Part shown: positions 58,520 to 64,000 of the stretch, one piece after another
Layout: each line of letters opens with the position of its first letter
Numbering within the stretch: position 1 is the stretch's first letter
Source: Bacilli bacterium
GTDB taxonomy: Bacteria; Bacillota_I; Bacilli_A; RF39; UBA660
Reading direction: 5' to 3'
Assembly (NCBI GenBank): GCA_016293205.1
Contig: JAEDES010000002.1
Coordinates: 4,351 to 68,350 of the forward strand
Length of the DNA: 64,000 nt
The notes under the pieces: generated by a model
Told to the model about the DNA's origin: nothing
Seen by the model: the letters and a program-made list of their open reading frames with translations, nothing else
Database searches by the model: none
Program-made: the position numbers and the translations under genes

Positions 58520-59147
58520 AGAATTATTTATTGAAGAGTTAAATAAATTAGGAATTAATGTAACAGAAGATCAATTAAGTAAATTAAATAAGTTTTATAA
58601 ATTACTAATTGAATGGAATGAAAAGATTAATCTAACAAGAATAACTGAAGAAAATGAAGTATACTTAAAGCACTTTTATGATAGTTTAACTATAAAAAAA
58701 GTAATTGATTTAAATGAAGTAGAAACATTATGTGACGTAGGTACAGGAGCAGGCTTTCCTGGTATAGTCTTAAAAATAATGTATCCTCATTTAAAAATAA
58801 CATTAGTAGATTCCCTACAAAAAAGAGTTAACTATTTAAATTCAATCATTAAAGATCTTGAATTAGAAGATATTCATGCTATTCATAGTAGAGGAGAAGA
58901 CTTTAAAGAAAAATTTGATGTCGTTACAGCAAGAGCTGTTGCTAACATTGAAAAACTAGTAACATACACAATGCATTTATTAAATAAAGATGGTCAATTA
59001 GTTGCAATGAAAGGTAATATTGAAGAAGAATTAACTGAATCAGTACAACAAAAACTATCTAAGAAATATCAAATAAAACAAATTGAAAAGTTCTTTCTAC
59101 CAATTGAAGAAAGTCATAGAAGTTTAGTTGTTTTAAAGAATAAATAA
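58503..59147 (+). CDS. rsmG: 16S rRNA (guanine527-N7)-methyltransferase
   Basis: 214 aa with [16 protein letters not shown] and the [13 protein letters not shown] motif. Confidence 0.92.
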   Translation: MVLMNKELFIEELNKLGINVTEDQLSKLNKFYKLLIEWNEKINLTRITEENEVYLKHFYDSLTIKKVIDLNEVETLCDVGTGAGFPGIVLKIMYPHLKITLVDSLQKRVNYLNSIIKDLELEDIHAIHSRGEDFKEKFDVVTARAVANIEKLVTYTMHLLNKDGQLVAMKGNIEEELTESVQQKLSKKYQIKQIEKFFLPIEESHRSLVVLKNK

Positions 59148-59197
59148 AAGAAAACATTCCTTATTTTGTCAAGTACAAAGTAAGAAATGTTTTTTTA

Positions 59198-59226
59198 TTG
59201 AAATAAGAAATAAAAAGAGATATAAT
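59198..59226 (+). promoter_or_regulatory. noc promoter
   Basis: TTGAAA (59198-59203), 17 nt spacer, TATAAT (59221-59226). Confidence 0.5.
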
Positions 59227-59264
59227 GATAACATAGGAATAAAAGAATAAAGTGAGGGATACCC

Positions 59265-60500
59265 ATGAATACAGATCCAAAAGATGAAGTAGTATACTTA
59301 TACTTAGATGACATAATACCAAATAGATTTCAACCAAGAGAAGTTTTTGATGAAAAAGCCTTAAAAGAACTTGCTGTATCAATTAAAGAACATGGTGTAA
59401 TCCAACCTATTATCGTAAGAAGTGTAAAAGACAAATACGAAATAATTGCTGGAGAACGTCGTTATAAAGCATCTGCTTTAGCAGGATTAACAAAAATACC
59501 AGCGATCATAAGAGACTTAGATGATAAAGAAAGTTCAAAAGTAGCCTTACTAGAAAATCTACAAAGAAAGAACTTAACACCTATCGAAGAAGCAAGAACA
59601 TATCAAAAAATACTGGAAATAGATGAAATGACTCAAGAAGATTTGGCAAAAACAATGGGAAAAAGCCAATCTGCAGTAGCTAATAAATTAAGATTATTAA
59701 CACTACCAGATGAAATTCAAGATTCTCTATTAAAAGAACAAATCTCAGAACGTCATGCAAGAGCATTATTAAATTTAACAGATGCTCCAAAACAAATTGA
59801 ATTATTAAAGAAAATAATTAATCAAAAAATGAGTGTTAGAGCTGTAGAAGAAGAAATAAAAAGATTAAACAACAAAGATGGAATAAGTAACATGGCTACT
59901 ACAAGTCAACAAATAACTGTTACTCCAACACCAATCAATCCAACACCATTATCTCCAACAATAATGCCAGTTGAAGAAATTGTTGAAGTAGAACCATATG
60001 AAGGTTATAAAGTAGTTCCACCGGCAGAAGGTAACACATTTATTAATTATGAAAATGCTGCCGATGTTGATGAAGAAGAAACAGAGGAATTAGATGAACC
60101 TATGAATTTTAATAATATAAATGAACCTGTTGATATTAATGCATTAAAGAAACAAGCTGAAGATATCAAGCCTCAAGAAACAAGCAATAACTTAGATAGT
60201 TTACTTAATATAAATGTTCCAGGACAAAAAGTATATAATTCATATGCGGAAAAAGCAATTAGTGAAGGATATGCACCTCAACAACCTAAAACAAAAGACT
60301 ATTTCAGCGCACCAGATTTCTCAACTATTGATCTACCAACAGTAGCAGAACCAGCTGTTTATACAGTAGACGATGCAATGAATAAAATTAGAGATTTAGT
60401 AAGAGATTTAGAGTCACATGGCATAAGCGTTCATAAAGATGAAATGAATTTTGAAAGAACTTTCCAAGTAATAATTAAAATTGATAAAAATGTTGAATAA
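59265..60500 (+). CDS. noc: Nucleoid occlusion protein Noc (ParB paralog) with a long internal low-complexity insertion
   Basis: 411 aa with a ParB N-domain (IIPNRFQPR, IIAGERR). The HTH region GKSQSAVANKLRLLTLP...ISERHARAL resembles B. subtilis Noc rather than Spo0J. It sits after rsmG and before soj-spo0J. Consensus NBS sites are present in the window. Confidence 0.75.
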   Translation: MNTDPKDEVVYLYLDDIIPNRFQPREVFDEKALKELAVSIKEHGVIQPIIVRSVKDKYEIIAGERRYKASALAGLTKIPAIIRDLDDKESSKVALLENLQRKNLTPIEEARTYQKILEIDEMTQEDLAKTMGKSQSAVANKLRLLTLPDEIQDSLLKEQISERHARALLNLTDAPKQIELLKKIINQKMSVRAVEEEIKRLNNKDGISNMATTSQQITVTPTPINPTPLSPTIMPVEEIVEVEPYEGYKVVPPAEGNTFINYENAADVDEEETEELDEPMNFNNINEPVDINALKKQAEDIKPQETSNNLDSLLNINVPGQKVYNSYAEKAISEGYAPQQPKTKDYFSAPDFSTIDLPTVAEPAVYTVDDAMNKIRDLVRDLESHGISVHKDEMNFERTFQVIIKIDKNVE

Positions 60501-60502
60501 AT

Positions 60503-60528
60503 AAAGTGGATAAAAATCCACTTTTTTT
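60503..60528 (+). terminator. Rho-independent terminator after noc
   Basis: AAAGTGGA-TAAAAA-TCCACTTT followed by a T-run. Confidence 0.7.
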
Positions 60529-60597
60529 CATAAAATCATTTAAAAAACTTTTATTCTTTGATACAATATTAAAGTAATATGGAAAATGGGTGATTAG

Positions 60598-61404
60598 ATG
60601 GGAAAGGTTATATCATTAGTAAATCAAAAAGGTGGAGTAGGAAAGACAACAACTAGTATTAATCTTTCAGCATCATTAGCAGTATTAGGAAAAAAAGTTT
60701 TATTAATAGATTTAGATCCTCAAGGTAATACAACTACTGGTGTTGGAATAAATAAAGGAGAGATTGATAAAAGTGTCTATGACGTTTTAATTGATGAATG
60801 CGCTATAACAGAAGCAATGGTTAAAACTAAATATAAAAATTTATATGTTTTACCAGCAACTATCAATTTAGCAGGAATCGACAGCGAATTAATGGAAAAA
60901 AGTCGCCAAGAAGATAACTTTGATAAAGGTAAACAATTAAAGAAACACTTAGAATCAATAAATGACAGTTTTGACTACATAATTATAGATTGTCCACCAT
61001 CTTTAGGAGTTATTACAATCAATGCTTTAACAGCATCAAATTCAGTAATAATTCCAGTACAATGTGAATTCTTCGCACTAGAAGGAATCACACAATTATT
61101 AAAAACAATAATGTTGGCTCAAAAAAAATTAAATCCAACTCTTGATATTGAAGGAGTATTATTAACAATGTTAGATTCCAGAACAAACCTAGGATTTGAA
61201 GTTGTTGATGATATTAGAAAATTCTTCAAAGAAAAAGTATACAACACAATAATTCCAAGATTAGTAAGATTAACAGAAGCTCCTTCACACGGAGAGCCAA
61301 TTATTGCATATGATCCAAAAAGTAGAGGATCTGAAGCATATCTTAATTTAGCGAAGGAAGTGATTGAACGCAATGGAAGAGAACAAAATGGAAGTAACCA
61401 GTAA
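60598..61404 (+). CDS. soj: Chromosome partitioning ATPase Soj/ParA
   Basis: 268 aa with the deviant Walker A NQKGGVGKTT and the IIIDCPPSLG motif. Confidence 0.93.
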   Translation: MGKVISLVNQKGGVGKTTTSINLSASLAVLGKKVLLIDLDPQGNTTTGVGINKGEIDKSVYDVLIDECAITEAMVKTKYKNLYVLPATINLAGIDSELMEKSRQEDNFDKGKQLKKHLESINDSFDYIIIDCPPSLGVITINALTASNSVIIPVQCEFFALEGITQLLKTIMLAQKKLNPTLDIEGVLLTMLDSRTNLGFEVVDDIRKFFKEKVYNTIIPRLVRLTEAPSHGEPIIAYDPKSRGSEAYLNLAKEVIERNGREQNGSNQ

Positions 61405-62281
61405 AAGAAGAGCTTTAGGTAGAGGATTAGAAGAACTTTTTTATAACGAACCAATCGATTATAACAAAGTAGAAGAAAAAATAATTACAGAAACACCAAA
61501 AGAAGCCATAACAATGGTTAAGTTATCTGAATTAAGAAGTAATCCATACCAACCAAGAAAAGTATTTGATGAAGATGCCTTAAAAGAATTAGCAGCATCA
61601 ATCAAAGAACATGGAGTATTCCAACCAATTATTGCAAAGAAAAGTATAAAAGGTTACGAAATAATTGCTGGAGAACGTCGTGTTAAAGCATCAATTATGG
61701 CTGGATTAGAAGAAATTCCAACAATCATAAGAAATTTTGATGATACAGAAATGATGGAAATAGCATTACTTGAAAACTTACAAAGAGAAAACTTAAATGC
61801 TATTGAAGAAGCAAATGCTTATAAAAAATTATTAGAAACATTAAGTCTAACACAAGAACAATTAGCTGCAAGACTTGGTAAAAGTAGAAGTCACATTACT
61901 AATATGATAGGTTTACTTGCATTACCTGAAGTAATTCAACAAGATGTAAGTGAACAAAAAATTAGTATGGGACATGCTAGAGTATTAAGTAAGCTTGACA
62001 ATAAAGAACAACAAAGAGAATTAGCAGATAAAATTATAGCAGAAGGACTAAGTGTAAGAAGTTTAGAAGAATTAACTAATTCTGAAGAAAAATATCCAAA
62101 AGCACATAAACAAGTAAAAACAAAAGAAACATCAAATGATTATAAATATCTACAAGATGAATTATGTGAAAGATTAGGTGCAAAAGTAAGAATTAAGAGT
62201 AATAAAATTGAAATAAGCTTCGTAAATGGAAATGATCTTAATAGATTACTAGAAATAATGCATATTGAGCCTAGAGGTTAA
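61388..62281 (+). CDS. spo0J: Chromosome partitioning protein Spo0J/ParB
   Basis: RALGRGLEELF N-terminus, NPYQPRK, IIAGERR and the HTH GKSRSHITNMIGLL...MGHARVL (ParB-type). Start uncertain: in-frame ATGs occur at 61364, 61373 and 61388. Confidence 0.9.
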   Translation: MEVTSKRRALGRGLEELFYNEPIDYNKVEEKIITETPKEAITMVKLSELRSNPYQPRKVFDEDALKELAASIKEHGVFQPIIAKKSIKGYEIIAGERRVKASIMAGLEEIPTIIRNFDDTEMMEIALLENLQRENLNAIEEANAYKKLLETLSLTQEQLAARLGKSRSHITNMIGLLALPEVIQQDVSEQKISMGHARVLSKLDNKEQQRELADKIIAEGLSVRSLEELTNSEEKYPKAHKQVKTKETSNDYKYLQDELCERLGAKVRIKSNKIEISFVNGNDLNRLLEIMHIEPRG

Positions 62282-62283
62282 TT

Positions 62284-63090
62284 ATGAAAGAATTAATATC
62301 TAGTATTAATATAATGAAAATAGTATTGCCAATAGTATATATAGTAGTAGCTATTCTAGCCTACAAAATAATAAAAAATATTATATATAAGGTAATAAAA
62401 GTAAATAAGAAAAATCATCATTATCAAAGAGTTGAAACAGTAAGATTACTTATTATAAACATAGTTAAATACATAATAGTTGCAATTGCATTATTGGCAA
62501 TCCTTGCAACATTTGGAGTTAATGTAAATGCTCTAATTACAGGATTAAGTGTAACAACAGCTATTATTGGTTTAGCTTTTCAAGATCTAGCAAAAGATTT
62601 AATTGCTGGAGTTTCAATTATAACAGAAGCTCAATATGATGTAGGTGATACAATTCAAGTTGGAACATTTATGGGACAAGTTGAATCTATCGGGTTAAAA
62701 ACAACAAGAATAAGAGATTACACAGGAGCAACAAAAATAATAGCAAATAGATATATGGACGATATAGTTAACTATAGTCTTCATGATTCTTTAGCAATTG
62801 TAGATGTTTCTGTAGATTATAATCAAAAATCAGAAAAAGTAGAAAAGGTATTAAAAGACTTAGCTGAAAATTTAAGTGGAACTATTCCAGATACAACTGG
62901 AGAAATTGAAATTCTAGGTATAAATAGTTTAGGAGACTCATCAATTGTATATAGAATAACAGTTCCAACTAAGCCAATGGCACATTACGGAGTTCAAAGA
63001 ATCCTAAGAAAAGAGATTAAAGAAGCCTTAGATAATGCTAAAGTAAAAATACCATTCCCACAAATTGAGGTGCATCATGGAAAACAATAA
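62284..63090 (+). CDS. Small-conductance mechanosensitive channel (MscS family)
   Basis: 268 aa with three TM segments followed by the MscS beta-domain motif GDTIQVGTFMGQVESIGLKTTRIRD. Confidence 0.85.
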   Translation: MKELISSINIMKIVLPIVYIVVAILAYKIIKNIIYKVIKVNKKNHHYQRVETVRLLIINIVKYIIVAIALLAILATFGVNVNALITGLSVTTAIIGLAFQDLAKDLIAGVSIITEAQYDVGDTIQVGTFMGQVESIGLKTTRIRDYTGATKIIANRYMDDIVNYSLHDSLAIVDVSVDYNQKSEKVEKVLKDLAENLSGTIPDTTGEIEILGINSLGDSSIVYRITVPTKPMAHYGVQRILRKEIKEALDNAKVKIPFPQIEVHHGKQ

Positions 63091-63271
63091 TTACGAAGTA
63101 GGAACAAAAGTTATAATGAAAAAACAACACCCTTGTGGTGCTAATGAATGGGAAATTACAAGAGTAGGTGCAGATATTAAAATAAAATGCCTAAATTGTA
63201 ATAGGACCATTCTAATACCAAGAATTGATTTTAATAAAAAATTAAAGAAAATCATTTCAGAGGAAGGATAA
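63065..63271 (+). CDS. DUF951-family small protein (YyzM-like)
   Basis: 68 aa with KKQHPCGANEWEITRVGADIKIKCLNC, which is typical of DUF951. Confidence 0.7.
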   Translation: MRCIMENNNYEVGTKVIMKKQHPCGANEWEITRVGADIKIKCLNCNRTILIPRIDFNKKLKKIISEEG

Positions 63272-63276
63272 AAAGT

Positions 63277-64000
63277 ATGAATGATAAAAGAAAACTAAAG
63301 TTAAAAAAGTTTTATTTTCATCCAATTACAATATTTATCTTTTTAACAATTGTAGTAGTAATATTAAGTGGAATATTATCAGCATTTGAAATGCAAGCCA
63401 CATATAATACAGTTAATGTTAATACAAAAGAACTTGAACCAACATTAATTGCAGTAGAGAATCTCTTTAGTTTTAGTGGACTAAAGTTCATCTTAAGTAA
63501 TGCATTACTAAATTTCTTAAGATTTACACCATTAGGATTCTTACTAATATCAATGATAGGTCTAGCTGTTGCAGAAGCATCAGGTTTAATTGAAACATTT
63601 TCAAGAAAATACTTATCACAAGTACCAAAATATGTATTAACATTCTTAATATTATTATTGGCAACCGCATCATCAATAATTAATGATATTGGATATGCAT
63701 TATTAATACCACTTACAGCATTGATTTACTTCATTATTGGTAGAAATCCAATATTAGGTATAATAACTGCTTTCTGTGGAGTTGCCTTTGGAACAGGAGC
63801 AACATTATTTATAGGAACAGCAGAAATATCGTTAATGGACTACACAAAAGTAGCAGCCGAATTAATTGATGAAACAAGTCACATAGCCTTAAGTTCAAAT
63901 CTTTTCTTTATAATTGCTGCATCATTTATTATTTCAATAATAGGTACAATTATTATTGAAAAAGTAATAGCACCAAAGATAGGAAAATATAAAAGAGAAG
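63277..64000 (+). CDS. AbgT-family transporter (N-terminal part; runs off the window)
   Basis: Manual translation gives MNDKRKLKLKKFYFHPITIFIFLTIVVVILSGILSAF...FTPLGFLLISMIGLAVAEASGLIE...GRNPILGIITAFCGVAFG, which parallels E. coli AbgT. Not in the ORF track because it is open-ended. Confidence 0.85.
   Translation, partial: MNDKRKLKLKKFYFHPITIFIFLTIVVVILSGILSAFEMQATYNTVNVNTKELEPTLIAVENLFSFSGLKFILSNALLNFLRFTPLGFLLISMIGLAVAEASGLIETFSRKYLSQVPKYVLTFLILLLATASSIINDIGYALLIPLTALIYFIIGRNPILGIITAFCGVAFGTGATLFIGTAEISLMDYTKVAAELIDETSHIALSSNLFFIIAASFIISIIGTIIIEKVIAPKIGKYKRE

Noticed and set aside
60503-60528. DnaA-box-like AGTGGATAA downstream of noc
   Set aside because: The 9-mer is one arm of a clean terminator hairpin (AAAGTGGA/TCCACTTT plus T-run). 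Terminator function explains it. A dual role cannot be excluded but is not supported.
51189-61454. ORFs 51189-51614, 51759-51989, 55828-56286, 57411-57725, 59161-59382 and 61119-61454
   Set aside because: They are antisense to dnaA, mnmE, mnmG, the noc promoter/5' end and soj/spo0J. They have no RBS and no family resemblance.

Overview
Origin-of-replication neighbourhood of a very AT-rich, endospore-forming Firmicutes chromosome; the taxon cannot be fixed from sequence alone. Gene orientation diverges from a bipartite oriC flanking dnaA (about 51.2-53.1 kb). To the left, almost everything is on the minus strand: dnaA-dnaN-comK-like-recF-gyrB-gyrA, then SRP RNA-tadA-dnaX-ybaB-recR-bofA-holB-ricT-rsmI-pth-mfd-spoVT. 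These are followed by T-box-metG-tatD-sipW-rsmA, the NAD salvage block pncA-pncB-nudix-nadE-nadD-nadK, a TetR/acyl-CoA ligase pair, nrtR, yabG-veg-spoVG-yabP-yabQ-divIC-tilS-ftsH-mscL-dusB-lysS, and clpC-like-cysS-mrnC-rlmB-sigH. To the right, everything is on the plus strand: rpmH-rnpA-yidC-jag-mnmE-mnmG-rsmG-noc-soj-spo0J-mscS-DUF951-abgT. I saw no rRNA or tRNA genes, CRISPR arrays, transposases, prophage genes or recognisable defence genes, so the window is mostly core housekeeping. The most unusual feature is a roughly 1 kb gene-free region between gyrA and the SRP RNA gene (42.75-43.74 kb). It holds four copies of a composite module: an inverted DnaA-box pair directly abutting a consensus parS palindrome. 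These are followed by three Noc-binding-site (NBS) palindromes interleaved with consensus DnaA boxes. This region has more perfect DnaA boxes than the canonical oriC halves, and the cognate noc-soj-spo0J genes lie 16 kb away. Secondary observations are: a Noc paralog with a ~150 aa low-complexity insertion and no N-terminal amphipathic helix; a ComK-family gene between dnaN and recF; and a GTTAWTAAC operator array on the NAD operon promoter, plausibly for the NrtR encoded nearby. Others are a NadE whose glutaminase catalytic Cys appears lost, a ClpC-like protein with a degenerate second Walker B, a missed 58-aa BofA gene, a minimal SRP RNA and a recF leader uORF. All functional assignments come from by-eye motif and family recognition without database searches.
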